Shown piece by piece: positions 28,362 to 38,654 of a stretch of 64,000 bases of DNA (position 1 is its first letter; every line of letters starts with the position of its first letter). Under the pieces are notes generated by a model. That model worked only from the letters and a program-made list of their open reading frames with translations. It did no database searches and had not been told where the DNA came from. The position numbers were made by a program, and so were the translations under genes. The DNA lies in NCBI GenBank assembly GCA_965116495.1, contig OZ220696.1, forward strand, positions 416,001-480,000, in the 5' to 3' direction. Source of the DNA: Gammaproteobacteria bacterium. Its GTDB lineage: Bacteria > Pseudomonadota > Gammaproteobacteria > Eutrophobiales > Eutrophobiaceae.

Positions 28362-29738
28362 TCAGGGAGTATACACTTCTCCACCTTTGATAATAAGGAC
28401 GATTTTGTGTTGCAACAGGGTGATATCCTGCAGCGGGTCGCCGTCCACGATCACCATGTCGGCAAGCTTGCCTGCGGTTACCGTGCCCAGGTCTTTTTCC
28501 ACTCCCTGCATCTGTGCAGGCCGCAATGTGGCGCTCTGGATCACTTCCATGGGCGTCAATCCGGCCCCAAGGTAATGCTGCATCTCCCGGGTCAGGGGGC
28601 TGTGCACATTAAACGGTGCGCCTGCGTCCGTTCCGGCAACGATCTGCTCCCGCCCGCCGGCTGCAATAAATGTTTTCAACTTGCGCTTGGCCACCTTGAT
28701 GCGTTCCGGCGCGCCGATGCCCCAGGGCACCGCGTTCGGGTTGTTCCAGGACCAGCGCAGGTGCGCGTACACCTCTTCAGAATATTGCTGCCTGAAGCGT
28801 GGATGATCCGTGAACTCCGGGAATGCAAACACACGCACGTAGGCATTGCGCATTTCGATAGTCGGCACGATGAACGGCCCGCGCAGAATATTGGCCCGAG
28901 GTCCGGTCGGGACGGGTTTTATTCCGCGTATCATGAGGCGGATATCCTCGTCCTTGTAATCCGATAACGGATCGGCGGTAAACACGTGGTGCATACGGTC
29001 GACGCCAGCCTCGATCGCGGTGCGGTAAGCGTTGATGTGGCGCACGTCGGCGTCCACGCCGAGACCGGCCTCATGGGCCGTGTCCACGATAACCTTGAGT
29101 ATGTGGAGGTCCCAGAAACCGTATACCTTTACCTGGTCGACTCCCAGTTCGATAACGTCCTGTGTGATCTGTTTTGCCTCTTCAGGGGAACCAACCAGGT
29201 AGTCTCTCCTGATATTGGGCTTGTCCGGATCGCGCTGGTGCAGTATGGGGCCTGCCAGGAACAGCCTGGGACCGGGCAACTTGCCTGCTTCGATATCTGC
29301 TTTGAGTGCAAGTTGCTCTTGAATCGGGCCGCCGGTGTCGCGAAAAGTTGTAATGCCTGCCAGCAGTGATGTCCTGGCGACGGCCGCCATGATGGATTGT
29401 GCCTGGGACTTGAACTTTACAGGAAACGACGCCGGGTCTCCCTCGCCGATATGGAATAAGTGCCCGTGTGACTCCCATAACCCCGGCAGGATGGTCATGC
29501 CGTTGACATCCAGTGTTTTTACCCCGTCGGGGATGTTCACCGAATTCACGTCGCCGACCGCGGAAATTCGATCACCGGCAACCAGTACTACGGCATTTTG
29601 CACAGATAAACCGCCATAGCCGTCAACGAGCATACCGCCGCTGATTGCCAGCGTCGGCGCATCTTCTGCAGGCGCCGGCCCGGCAAATACGGCGAGGATG
29701 AGGGAGAATGCAACCAGCATGGAATACCTGTTTTTCAT
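28362..29738 (-). CDS. Exported amidohydrolase-family protein
   Basis: Signal peptide, PGLWESHGH, VKVY, AGTDAG, GKLADM. Confidence 0.88.
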   Translation of the reverse strand: MKNRYSMLVAFSLILAVFAGPAPAEDAPTLAISGGMLVDGYGGLSVQNAVVLVAGDRISAVGDVNSVNIPDGVKTLDVNGMTILPGLWESHGHLFHIGEGDPASFPVKFKSQAQSIMAAVARTSLLAGITTFRDTGGPIQEQLALKADIEAGKLPGPRLFLAGPILHQRDPDKPNIRRDYLVGSPEEAKQITQDVIELGVDQVKVYGFWDLHILKVIVDTAHEAGLGVDADVRHINAYRTAIEAGVDRMHHVFTADPLSDYKDEDIRLMIRGIKPVPTGPRANILRGPFIVPTIEMRNAYVRVFAFPEFTDHPRFRQQYSEEVYAHLRWSWNNPNAVPWGIGAPERIKVAKRKLKTFIAAGGREQIVAGTDAGAPFNVHSPLTREMQHYLGAGLTPMEVIQSATLRPAQMQGVEKDLGTVTAGKLADMVIVDGDPLQDITLLQHKIVLIIKGGEVYTP

Positions 29739-29857
29739 GATTACCCCCGGGATAATGTCGTAACCAAGAATAACCCAAAATTCATCCCAGGTCTCACCCC
29801 GTATCGATATAAATCAGTTAAAATCAAAAAACCATTTCGGAACAAGGACATTCAAAC

Positions 29858-32800
29858 ATGTGGCAATTCTGGGTTGATCGCGGCGGCACCTTTACCGATA
29901 TTGTCGCCAAGTCTCCCGACGGCAAATTAATCAGCCATAAGCTGCTCTCGGAAAACCCCGGGCGCTACAGGGATGCGGCGGTCCAGGGTATCCGCGATGT
30001 GCTCGGACTGGCGCCGGGAACCGCCATACCTCCGGACACCATCGAGCATGTCAAGATGGGGACCACCGTCGCCACCAATGCGTTACTTGAACGCAAAGGG
30101 GAACGCACCCTGTTTGTCACCACCCGGGGGTTTGGCGATGCACTGCGCATCGGCTACCAGAACCGTCCGCGCCTGTTTGACCTCCATATCGTGTTGCCGG
30201 CCATGCTTTATGAGCAGGTAATCGAAGTGGACGAACGTGTCGATGCCTGCGGCAAAGTGTTGCGTTCGCTTGATGAGGAACGGGTCAGGGCCGATCTGCA
30301 GGAAGCGTTCGATACGGGTATCAGGGCGGTAGCCGTCGCCTTTATGCATGGCTATCGCTATGCGGTTCACGAACTCAGGGTGGGTGAAATCTGCCGGCAG
30401 ATCGGTTTTACCCGGGTCTCCCTCAGTCATGAGGCCAGTCCCCTGGTGAAACTGGTGTTCCGGGGAGATACGACCGTGGTGGATGCCTACCTGTCTCCCA
30501 TATTGCGCCGTTATGTGCAACAGGTTGCCGATGAACTTGGTATGAAAGATGACGCCCGCGCGCGTCTTATGTTTATGCAATCCAACGGTGGTCTTACCGA
30601 TGCACACCAGTTCCAGGGCAGGGATGCCATATTTTCGGGTCCCGCCGGCGGCGTGGTAGGCATGACCCGTAGCGCGGCGATGAGTGGCTTCCAAAAGCTG
30701 ATCGGGTTTGACATGGGCGGCACCTCAACAGACGTAAGCCATTACGATGGCGAGTATGAGCGCAGCTTCGAGACTGTGGTAGCCGGCGTTCGCCTGCGCG
30801 CGCCGATGATGAATATCCATACCGTGGCGGCGGGCGGTGGTTCCATACTTCAGTTTGACGGCTCCCGATTCAGGGTAGGACCGGAATCCGCAGGAGCAAA
30901 CCCCGGCCCGGCCTGCTACCGGCGCGGCGGCCCGCTGACGGTAACCGATTGCAATCTCATGCTGGGGAAAATACAGCCGGGCTATTTCCCTGCCATTTTC
31001 GGGGCCACCGGCTACGAAAAGCTCGACCGGGGAACCGTAGTGCAGCAGTTTTCCGGCCTGGCCGAACGGGTTTCTGCGGTACAGGGCAAAACCGTCAGGG
31101 CCGAAGAAGTGGCAGAAGGGTTCCTGCGTATTGCCATAGAAAACATGGCCAATGCCATCAAGAAGATTTCGTTGCAGCGCGGTTATGACGTGACGGAATA
31201 CACCCTGAACTGTTTCGGCAGCGCAGCCGGCCAGCACGCCTGTGCGGTGGCGGACACGTTGGGTATGGAGAGTATTTTTCTACACCCATTTGCCGGGGTA
31301 TTGTCCGCTTACGGCATGGGGCTGGCAGAAATTCGGGTGGTGCGAGAAGCACAACTGGGAATTGATTTTGCCGCGGATTCCATAGAGGAAGAGATTGTAG
31401 CCAGTTCCCGGCCATTGACCGCCTCAGCCCGCCGGGCTGTACAGGAGCAAGGTGTGGAAGAGCAAAATATCTCAATTGTCACCAAGGTTCACATACGTTA
31501 CCAGGGCACCGACGCCAGCTTGCAGGTCGATGTGAGCAGCGTTGAGCAAATGCTGTCTGATTTCGAAACCGCACACCGTCAGCGGTTCGGCTTCGTTACC
31601 CGGGAGCGGAGCCTGGTAGTTGAAGCCTTATCCGTGGAAGGCATCGGCGCCACCGAAGTTGAGGTTGATCCGGAGACAGACTCACCCAGGTCTCCACGAG
31701 ACCCGATTGCCCGGGATCATGTAGAGATGTACGGAGCCGGGGAATGGAATGATATTCCCCTGTATCATCGTGCGGATCTGAAACCCGGCCAGGCCGTAGT
31801 TGGACCGGCGATTATTATCGAGGCTACAGGCACAATTATCGTGGAACGGGGCTGGCGCGGCGCGCTGAACCGGCGCGGCCACCTGGTATTGGAGCGTTAC
31901 ATCGAACGGGAACACAGCGAAACAGTGGGCACCGGAGCCGACCCGGTAATGCTCGAAGTATTCAACAACCTGTTCATGTCCATTGCCGAGCAGATGGGTG
32001 TCACGCTGCAGAATACCGCGTATTCCGTCAACATCAAGGAGCGCCTGGATTTTTCCTGCGCACTGTTCAACGCCGGGGGAAACCTGGTGGCCAATGCGCC
32101 CCACATCCCTGTCCACCTGGGCTCGATGGGCGAATCCGTGAGGTCTGTAATCAACGCCAACAAGGGCAAAATCAAACCCGGCCATGTCTATGTGCTCAAT
32201 GCCCCTTATGCCGGCGGCACCCACCTGCCTGATGTCACTGTAATTACGCCTGCGTTCGACGAGAAAGGTGAATCCATTCTTTTTTTCCTGGCTTCACGAG
32301 GACACCATGCCGATATCGGTGGTCGCACCCCGGGCTCTGCGCCCCCGGACAGTACCCATATTGACGAGGAAGGCATACTCATTGATAACTTCCTGCTGGT
32401 GGAGAACGACCGCTTGCGTGAGAAAGAAATCCGTAAACTGCTGGGTTCCGGCAGGTATCCCTGTAGAAACATCAACCAGAACCTGGCTGATTTGTCAGCG
32501 CAAATCGCCGCCAACGAGACCGGTCTGCAGGAACTGCGAAAAATGGTTGTCCACTACGGCGCCGACGTGGTCAACGCGTATATGAAGCATGTTCAGGACA
32601 ACGCCGAGGAGTCGGTGCGCAGGATCATGGACGTGTTGGATGACGGCGATTTTGAATATCCCATGGACGAGGGCAGCAGCATCAAGGTCAGGGTGTCGGT
32701 CGATCGGGACAAACGTGAGGCAACCATCGACTTCACCGGCACGTCAATACAGAACCCGAACAATTACAACGCCCCGACTGCGGTGTGCAAGGCTGCGGTA

Positions 32801-33466
32801 CTTTACGTCTTCCGCACCCTGGTCAACGATGAGATACCGTTGAATGAGGGCTGTCTCAAGCCCGTCAACCTGATATTGCCGGCGTGTTCGATGATCACGC
32901 CGGAATATCCTGCGGCGGTGATGGCGGGCAATATAGAAGTATCCCAGGCGATAACCAATGCACTATACGGGGCGCTCGGTGTAATGGCGGCATCGCAAGG
33001 CACCATGAACAACATCTTCTACGGCAACGACCGCTACCAGAACTACGATACCGTCTGTGGCGGCACCGGCGCCGGTCCGGCTCATCCGGGAACCAGCGCC
33101 GTTCACAGTCACATGACCAACACCCGTATGACCGATCCCGAAGTGCTGGAATTACGTTTTCCCGTACTCGTGGATGAATTTTCCATTCGCCGGGGGTCAG
33201 GGGGCGCGGGAAAATGCCGCGGGGGCAGCGGCGTGGTGCGGAAATTGCGCTTCCTTGAACCCATGACAGCAACCGTGTTGAGCTCTCACCGGGTGGTACC
33301 TCCGTTTGGCCTGGCTGGGGGAGAACCGGGTCAATGCGGCAATAACTTCGTAATACGATCAGATGGCGATGTTGTACACCTTAAAGGTAATGATGAGGTA
33401 GAGGTGAACACCGGCGACACGTTCGTGATGGAAACACCCGGAGGAGGGGGGTTTGGCAAGGACTGA
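29858..33466 (+). CDS. oplA: 5-oxoprolinase (ATP-hydrolysing), fused A+B type
   Basis: [70 protein letters not shown]; 1202 aa. Confidence 0.95.
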   Translation: MWQFWVDRGGTFTDIVAKSPDGKLISHKLLSENPGRYRDAAVQGIRDVLGLAPGTAIPPDTIEHVKMGTTVATNALLERKGERTLFVTTRGFGDALRIGYQNRPRLFDLHIVLPAMLYEQVIEVDERVDACGKVLRSLDEERVRADLQEAFDTGIRAVAVAFMHGYRYAVHELRVGEICRQIGFTRVSLSHEASPLVKLVFRGDTTVVDAYLSPILRRYVQQVADELGMKDDARARLMFMQSNGGLTDAHQFQGRDAIFSGPAGGVVGMTRSAAMSGFQKLIGFDMGGTSTDVSHYDGEYERSFETVVAGVRLRAPMMNIHTVAAGGGSILQFDGSRFRVGPESAGANPGPACYRRGGPLTVTDCNLMLGKIQPGYFPAIFGATGYEKLDRGTVVQQFSGLAERVSAVQGKTVRAEEVAEGFLRIAIENMANAIKKISLQRGYDVTEYTLNCFGSAAGQHACAVADTLGMESIFLHPFAGVLSAYGMGLAEIRVVREAQLGIDFAADSIEEEIVASSRPLTASARRAVQEQGVEEQNISIVTKVHIRYQGTDASLQVDVSSVEQMLSDFETAHRQRFGFVTRERSLVVEALSVEGIGATEVEVDPETDSPRSPRDPIARDHVEMYGAGEWNDIPLYHRADLKPGQAVVGPAIIIEATGTIIVERGWRGALNRRGHLVLERYIEREHSETVGTGADPVMLEVFNNLFMSIAEQMGVTLQNTAYSVNIKERLDFSCALFNAGGNLVANAPHIPVHLGSMGESVRSVINANKGKIKPGHVYVLNAPYAGGTHLPDVTVITPAFDEKGESILFFLASRGHHADIGGRTPGSAPPDSTHIDEEGILIDNFLLVENDRLREKEIRKLLGSGRYPCRNINQNLADLSAQIAANETGLQELRKMVVHYGADVVNAYMKHVQDNAEESVRRIMDVLDDGDFEYPMDEGSSIKVRVSVDRDKREATIDFTGTSIQNPNNYNAPTAVCKAAVLYVFRTLVNDEIPLNEGCLKPVNLILPACSMITPEYPAAVMAGNIEVSQAITNALYGALGVMAASQGTMNNIFYGNDRYQNYDTVCGGTGAGPAHPGTSAVHSHMTNTRMTDPEVLELRFPVLVDEFSIRRGSGGAGKCRGGSGVVRKLRFLEPMTATVLSSHRVVPPFGLAGGEPGQCGNNFVIRSDGDVVHLKGNDEVEVNTGDTFVMETPGGGGFGKD

Positions 33467-33473
33467 GGTTGTT

Positions 33474-33625
33474 TTACGAAAACTCTTCGCGCAACTGTCC
33501 GGCTGCCTCGCACATTGCCTGCAACTTACCGTATGCAGACTCCCGTGACAGGTATTTCATGCCGCAGTCCGGCGCCAGTATGACGCGTTCCTTGCTTACA
33601 TGAGACAGAACCCGCTCTCTCCTGG
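33474..33625 (-). pseudogene. C-terminal remnant of a cobalamin-independent methionine synthase-family gene
   Basis: ERVILAPDCGMKYLSRESAYGKLQAMCEAA matches the MetE-family PDCG...A..KL..M terminus. Upstream codons are unrelated. Confidence 0.8.
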
Positions 33626-33721
33626 TCATGGATAGCTGCCTGCAATCGTACATGGAAACAAAGGAAGTCTCATATCCCGTATAATATACAATATACGGAC
33701 TCAAATTAACGGATATCAGCC

Positions 33722-34846
33722 ATGCCTATACATACTACGTTAAACAAGTTTGACCAGGTTCGCCGCAGGTTGTTGACCGCACTGACCGGAGGAGCGCTTA
33801 CCGGGGTGTCAGCCCTTGCCGTCAAACAGGCTGCAGCAGCCACCGGCGCGGTGGAGTCACCGGGACTGCCCGCCAACGCGCTTGCGGACCTGGACAGGAA
33901 GGGGATGCAGTTGATCATCACCGGTTCGGGATCGGCGTTGCCGGACCCGCTGCGGGGCGGCGCCAGTTGCGCGGTCGTGGTAGACGGTACGGTGCTGCAG
34001 TTCGATTGCGGCCGCCGCGTACTTGAGAACCTGATGCTGGTCGGGATTAACCCCATGAAAATAGACCACATGTTCTTTACCCACATGCACTTTGACCATA
34101 TCGCCGATTACGACTATTACGCGATAACCAACTGGATTGCCGGCAGGCAGGAGATGGTCCATGTGTATGGTCCCGCGGGAACGGAACGGATGTCTGAGGG
34201 CGCCATCCAGTACATGCACGCCATGAACGTTGATTTCATAGGCACCATCCTGAAGCACTGGCCGCCCCATATGGCCAGGCGCCCGCGCAGTACGCCCCCC
34301 TACGAAGTGCATGATATCGGGCCGGGGACTGTGTTGGAGACTGATAGCTTCAAGGTATCCTGTCGCGAGACAAAACACCTTCCCGACCCCAGTGTGAAAA
34401 GTCTGGGGTACCGCGTTGACTCCGACTATGGTTCCGTCGCCATCAGTGGCGATACGGCCGTGTCCGAAGGAATGAAAATCCTTGCAAAGGACGTGGACAT
34501 ACTGGTACACGAGTGCGTCAAGCCGGACCTGGGCATGACGCCCGGCGGCAAGTTCAGCCTCAAGGACTTCCATAAGGAGGAGTTGATGGAAGAACGTCCC
34601 CAGACCGGTCATACCAGCCCGTCTCAGTTAGGCCGGTTGGCCAGCGAGGTAAACGCGAAGAAACTGGTAGCGTATCACCTTGCGCCCTACACCAGCGTCC
34701 CGGCGGCGATCGAAATGTCCAGCATGTATCTCGGCCCGAGCCCGGGGCACTCAATCTGGGGCAAGTTTGTTCATGCCATGAAACAGCAGTATGACGGCCC
34801 GGTGATCCTCGCTGAAGACCGGATGATATTTGACCTGGACAAATAA
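33722..34846 (+). CDS. MBL-fold metallohydrolase (RNase Z/arylsulfatase-like) with a Tat-like signal
   Basis: RRRLL...AAA signal, TGSGSALP, FDCG, THMHFDH, SGDT, LVHE, GHT. Confidence 0.87.
   Translation: MPIHTTLNKFDQVRRRLLTALTGGALTGVSALAVKQAAAATGAVESPGLPANALADLDRKGMQLIITGSGSALPDPLRGGASCAVVVDGTVLQFDCGRRVLENLMLVGINPMKIDHMFFTHMHFDHIADYDYYAITNWIAGRQEMVHVYGPAGTERMSEGAIQYMHAMNVDFIGTILKHWPPHMARRPRSTPPYEVHDIGPGTVLETDSFKVSCRETKHLPDPSVKSLGYRVDSDYGSVAISGDTAVSEGMKILAKDVDILVHECVKPDLGMTPGGKFSLKDFHKEELMEERPQTGHTSPSQLGRLASEVNAKKLVAYHLAPYTSVPAAIEMSSMYLGPSPGHSIWGKFVHAMKQQYDGPVILAEDRMIFDLDK
34773..34831 (+). repeat. 59-bp direct repeat, copy 1 (3' end of the MBL gene)
   Basis: ATGCCATGAAACAGCAGTATGACGGCCCGGTGATCCTCGCTGAAGACCGGATGATATTT; 58/59 identical to 36185-36243. 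Confidence 0.95.
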
Positions 34847-34863
34847 TATCAATGAAACTCTGA

Positions 34864-34922
34864 ACAAGTCCGCGCGGGACTTGTCAAAGCACGGGAAACC
34901 CTGACTTAGTCTCAGGGTTTCC
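34864..34922. terminator. Two tandem hairpins after the MBL gene
   Basis: ACAAGTCC, 5 nt, GGACTTGT (34864-34884) and GGAAACCCTGA, 7 nt, TCAGGGTTTCC (34894-34922). Confidence 0.5.
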
Positions 34923-34970
34923 TTAAATACTTTTGAAGCATGAGTTATGCTGTAGCGCGCCTTAACAAAC

Positions 34971-35042
34971 TCCAAAATATTTATAATATTGGAATATGTA
35001 ATTCCAGTATTTATTGAATAATGGAATTTAAAGTACTATAAT
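34971..35042 (+). promoter_or_regulatory. Sigma70 promoter with two TCCA-N15-TGGA boxes
   Basis: TTGAAT (35014), 17 bp, TATAAT (35037). Boxes at 34971-34993 and 35003-35025. Confidence 0.65.
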
Positions 35043-35048
35043 ACAGGC

Positions 35049-36182
35049 ATGTATCCGAGAATTTTCATTCCTCCGAAGCAACAAAGCTACTTTCTTTTCG
35101 GACCGAGGGGCACCGGAAAGAGTGTCTTTGCAGGGCATTTCTACAGGCAAGGACTATTTTTCGACCTCCTGGACTCACAAATCTACAATGAATTCATGGC
35201 TGAACCGGGAAGGTTATCCCGCAGAATACCGGAAGGATTCGACGACTGGATTATTATCGATGAAGTGCAAAAGGTTCCCGCGTTACTGAACGAGGTACAT
35301 CGCCTGATTGAAAGCCGGCGTATTCGCTTTGTGCTTACCGGGTCGAGCGCGCGCCGCTTACGCAGGGATAATGTCAATCTGCTTGCAGGACGGGCTCTGA
35401 CCTGTCGTATGCACCCATTGACCGCCACGGAACTGGGCGCGGATTTCAACCTGGCGCGTGCGCTGAAATATGGACACTTGCCCATGGCCTGCACGTCCAC
35501 TGACCCGGAAATGTTCCTGCAAAGTTATGTGCGGACTTACCTGCAGGAAGAAATACAACTGGAAGGACTGACGCGTAACCTCCCTGCGTTTAGCCGGTTT
35601 CTGGAAGCGGCGTCTTTTTCTCAGGGTTCGCCGCTGAACATATCGGCCATAGCCAGAGATTGCGCGGTAAACCGCAAGGTCGTGGAAAACTATTTCTCAA
35701 TCCTGAGAGACACCCTGGTATCGTATGAAATTCCGGTATTCGCCAAAAGGGCGAAGCGTAGTGTAATTCTGAGCGTCAAGTTCTATTTTTTCGATGCGGG
35801 CGTTTTCCGCGTATTGCGGCCTGCGGGTCCCTACGACTCGGATGCTGAAGCTGAAGGCGCGGCCTTGGAGACGCTGGTTCTGCAGGAAATTGCCGCTCGA
35901 AATGATTACCGGCATTGGAATTACGGTATACATTACTGGCGCACCCGGCAGGGGGCGGAGGTTGACTTTGTGCTTTATGGAGCGCGCGGCTTCAAGGCAA
36001 TTGAGGTAAAGCACTCAGATCGCATCCGACGGGAAGATTTCAAGGGTCTCAAGCAGTTCAAGGAAGAATACCCTGAAGCGGAATTGATTTTCGTCTACTC
36101 AGGGGATCGGCGCTTCCATGAAGGAGGAATAGAGGTTGTTCCTGTGGAAATGTTTTTGGGAGAATTGGATGAATATATTTGA
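35049..36182 (+). CDS. AAA+ ATPase (AAA_14) with DUF4143 / PD-(D/E)XK-like C-terminus
   Basis: GPRGTGKS Walker A, IIIDEVQK Walker B, LTGSS, KFYFFDAG, YWRT..G.EVDFV, AIEVK. Confidence 0.92.
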   Translation: MYPRIFIPPKQQSYFLFGPRGTGKSVFAGHFYRQGLFFDLLDSQIYNEFMAEPGRLSRRIPEGFDDWIIIDEVQKVPALLNEVHRLIESRRIRFVLTGSSARRLRRDNVNLLAGRALTCRMHPLTATELGADFNLARALKYGHLPMACTSTDPEMFLQSYVRTYLQEEIQLEGLTRNLPAFSRFLEAASFSQGSPLNISAIARDCAVNRKVVENYFSILRDTLVSYEIPVFAKRAKRSVILSVKFYFFDAGVFRVLRPAGPYDSDAEAEGAALETLVLQEIAARNDYRHWNYGIHYWRTRQGAEVDFVLYGARGFKAIEVKHSDRIRREDFKGLKQFKEEYPEAELIFVYSGDRRFHEGGIEVVPVEMFLGELDEYI

Positions 36183-36184
36183 GT

Positions 36185-36243
36185 ATGCCATGCAACAGCA
36201 GTATGACGGCCCGGTGATCCTCGCTGAAGACCGGATGATATTT
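36185..36243 (+). repeat. 59-bp direct repeat, copy 2
   Basis: Begins 2 bp after the ATPase stop codon; one mismatch against 34773-34831. Confidence 0.95.
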
Positions 36244-36260
36244 AGCCCGTGATGCTCTGT

Positions 36261-36413
36261 TTATTCCGGGCTGAGTATCATGTTGATGGCCTGCTTGCAT
36301 AGCCGGCTGTTTTCGTCCGCCAGCAACAGGGCCGTATCAGCATGGTCTTCACCCTCAAGCAACAGGTAGTGGGCGTCCACGCCCGCGGCTTTTAAGGCAT
36401 CGGCAAAATCCAT
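36261..36413 (-). pseudogene. C-terminal remnant of an alpha/beta hydrolase paralogous to 27383-28300
   Basis: Manual translation MDFADALKAAGVDAHYLLLEGEDHADTALLLADENSRLCKQAINMILSPE shares AAGVDAHYLLLEGEDHADTAL exactly with the intact gene. Confidence 0.85.
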
Positions 36414-36588
36414 GGGTTGCCCGGTTCCATGCCCAGTTTCTTTTCTTTACTGGAAGTCGACGTCGTGTGATTTTGTTACATGTAGTTCGTGGTATGGGAT
36501 AAGCGGGAAATCAGGAATATGACAGGTTGTGCTGTCGTACCTATAATATGGAAATATAATCGATCACGGTTAACTAGGTGAACCCCAT

Positions 36589-36675
36589 ATGACAGAGCTT
36601 GCCGGAAGCACAAATGAATGGCAACAGGCCGCTCTCGACAATTACCTTCACCCGTTTACGGATTACAAGACACTG
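36589..36675 (+). pseudogene. N-terminal remnant of a class III (SpuC-like) aminotransferase
   Basis: MTELAGSTNEWQQAALDNYLHPFTDYKTL resembles the T.EWQ......L.PFTDYK.L start of polyamine:pyruvate aminotransferases. Similarity stops there. Confidence 0.65.
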
Positions 36676-36834
36676 TTGCCCTGCACGGATTTGAGAAGGT
36701 TATCCCGGGGTAAATCTTCAACTGTCTTAACCCAAGTTTACCAATCTAAAAAATAAATCGTTATATGTCAATGGGTTAGATTGACATAATTCCGCTTATG
36801 GCACTACATTCGCGCCATGTTGCGGACGCTGTAC

Positions 36835-38646
36835 TCAGACGATCTCTTTCTGCGTACCGCCGGGTGGTCCACGAATTCCCAAGGCGTCCAGGATGGCCTG
36901 TTGCGGCGGTTCCGGACGGGTGGCCTTGCGCACGTGCACGGTACGTCCGTCTTTGCGCCGGACCGTGGCGGTCACCCGCTGACGGGCGCCGAGGATGCGC
37001 CGCAGCGTGGTCCAACTTGCGTTGCGGCAGGATTCATCGCCGTGCGCGGCCAGACGACGGCGGACCACCTGGACCAGTTGGTAGGCGATGACGGTGATGA
37101 ACAGGTGGCCCTCGGCGCGTCGGGGCGTGCGGTGATAGATGGGGCGCAATCCCAGCTCGGATTTCAAGGCGCGGAACACTGCTTCGATGTCGGTGAGCAG
37201 GGTGTAGGTCTGCCACAGCCGCGCCTCATCCCAGTCGGTGAGGTTGCTGCGCAGGCAATAGATGCCGGGGTGGGTGAGCATCGAGCCGGTGACCGGCTGG
37301 CGCTGCCAGCGTACGGCCACGGCCCGTTGGCCCTTGGCATCGGTGTCGACCTCGATGGTATAGTGCTGGCCGATGCCGTGGCTGCGGGCTTTCAAGCGTC
37401 CGATACGTTCCCGGACGTAGCCTGGCTGCTTGCGCGTACGCGGCCGGGACAGGCCCTCGTGCAGCGCGCTGAGGCCCTGCTCAAAGCGCGCCATGAAGCG
37501 TTCGGCGATGGCGCGCTCTTTCTCGGCCCGCGCCGCCGAGTAACAGTACAGGCGCACCTCACCGGCCTTGGCATCGGCCACCTGCTCCAGTTGGACCGTC
37601 TCGCCCCCACGGGTACGATGGGCCAGGGCGGCGTCCACGTCGAACCGGCGCTGTTGTTCCCGGCTCACCACGATGTAACGGTAGTCGTTATCCTTGAGCC
37701 AGGTGACCTGCGCCTCGGTGGCGATGCCCCGGTCGAGAATGACCAAGGCCCCCGGCGGGGTCTTGAGCGCCTCCAGCATCCCGGCCAGGGTGGTCTCCTC
37801 GCGCACGTTGCCGGCAAACACCCGTGAACGGCGCACGAAGCCGCTCGCATCGAGCACCAGCCCCAGGGTGAGCAGCTTGCAGTCGCTGCGTTTCTCTTTC
37901 GAATGGCCGCGCTGCGCCAGCGGCTGCCCGTGGGCCTCGCCCTCGTAGTAGGTGTTGGTCAGGTCATACAGGGTGACCGTCGGCGCCAGGTCAAACAAGT
38001 CCATGGCCTGCGCGAACAGGTGTGTCTCAATGACCGCACGGTGTTTGAGCAGCGCATCGGAAGCCCGGTACAACTGCATGGCGCCCATGCGTTCGAAGTT
38101 CACGTCCAGCAACTCGCCCAGGGCACTGCGCTCGCATAACCAGGCATGGGTGGCCCGCTCCGAGGCCGGGCACGCCAGCCGGCCCACGATGGAGCCGATG
38201 GTGGCGGCGCGCAGGGATGCATTGACGCCCTGTGCCGCGAGTAACTCGTCCAGCCCCACCTGTGCCAGGGCCCACAACCCCACCTGCTCCACGCCCACGC
38301 TGCGCGGGCGGGTCAAGGCCAGCGAGTCCAGATCGACTGCCATCCACGCCGGCGCCGTTCCCGTCTCGTCCGGTCGAGACCGGGCCAGCAGTTGGGCGCT
38401 AATCTGTTGTGCCGCACTCTCCACGCCGGCGGGCAGGCTCGCCAGCAGCGACGTCTGGCCCTGGCGCAACGCCTCAATACGTTGGCACAGGGTCGGCCAG
38501 TGTTGTTTATCGATAGCAAACTCGCTGCCGAGGTTCAGCAGGGTGCGTTGGCGCACCTTGGTGCCCGCGCGCTCACTGTGCACCAGGCGGTGGGAGTAAT
38601 AGGCCTGGCCGTCGGTACGGCGGGTGAGGGTACGGCGGATGAACAT
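36835..38646 (-). CDS. IS1634-family DDE transposase
   Basis: MFIRRT start, LYDLTNTYYEG, GHSKEKRSD, ILDRG, Y.....IE..FR.LK..L..RP.YH. Confidence 0.92.
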   Translation of the reverse strand: MFIRRTLTRRTDGQAYYSHRLVHSERAGTKVRQRTLLNLGSEFAIDKQHWPTLCQRIEALRQGQTSLLASLPAGVESAAQQISAQLLARSRPDETGTAPAWMAVDLDSLALTRPRSVGVEQVGLWALAQVGLDELLAAQGVNASLRAATIGSIVGRLACPASERATHAWLCERSALGELLDVNFERMGAMQLYRASDALLKHRAVIETHLFAQAMDLFDLAPTVTLYDLTNTYYEGEAHGQPLAQRGHSKEKRSDCKLLTLGLVLDASGFVRRSRVFAGNVREETTLAGMLEALKTPPGALVILDRGIATEAQVTWLKDNDYRYIVVSREQQRRFDVDAALAHRTRGGETVQLEQVADAKAGEVRLYCYSAARAEKERAIAERFMARFEQGLSALHEGLSRPRTRKQPGYVRERIGRLKARSHGIGQHYTIEVDTDAKGQRAVAVRWQRQPVTGSMLTHPGIYCLRSNLTDWDEARLWQTYTLLTDIEAVFRALKSELGLRPIYHRTPRRAEGHLFITVIAYQLVQVVRRRLAAHGDESCRNASWTTLRRILGARQRVTATVRRKDGRTVHVRKATRPEPPQQAILDALGIRGPPGGTQKEIV

Positions 38647-38654
38647 AGGGGGAG

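Noticed and set aside
36058-36300. Two minus-strand ORFs (here and 34751-34975) sharing KYHPVFSEDHRAVILL
   Set aside because: The shared peptide is only the antisense reading of the 59-bp direct repeat.
36817-37827. 336-aa plus-strand ORF inside the IS
   Set aside because: It is an antisense shadow of the GC-rich transposase with no recognisable motif.
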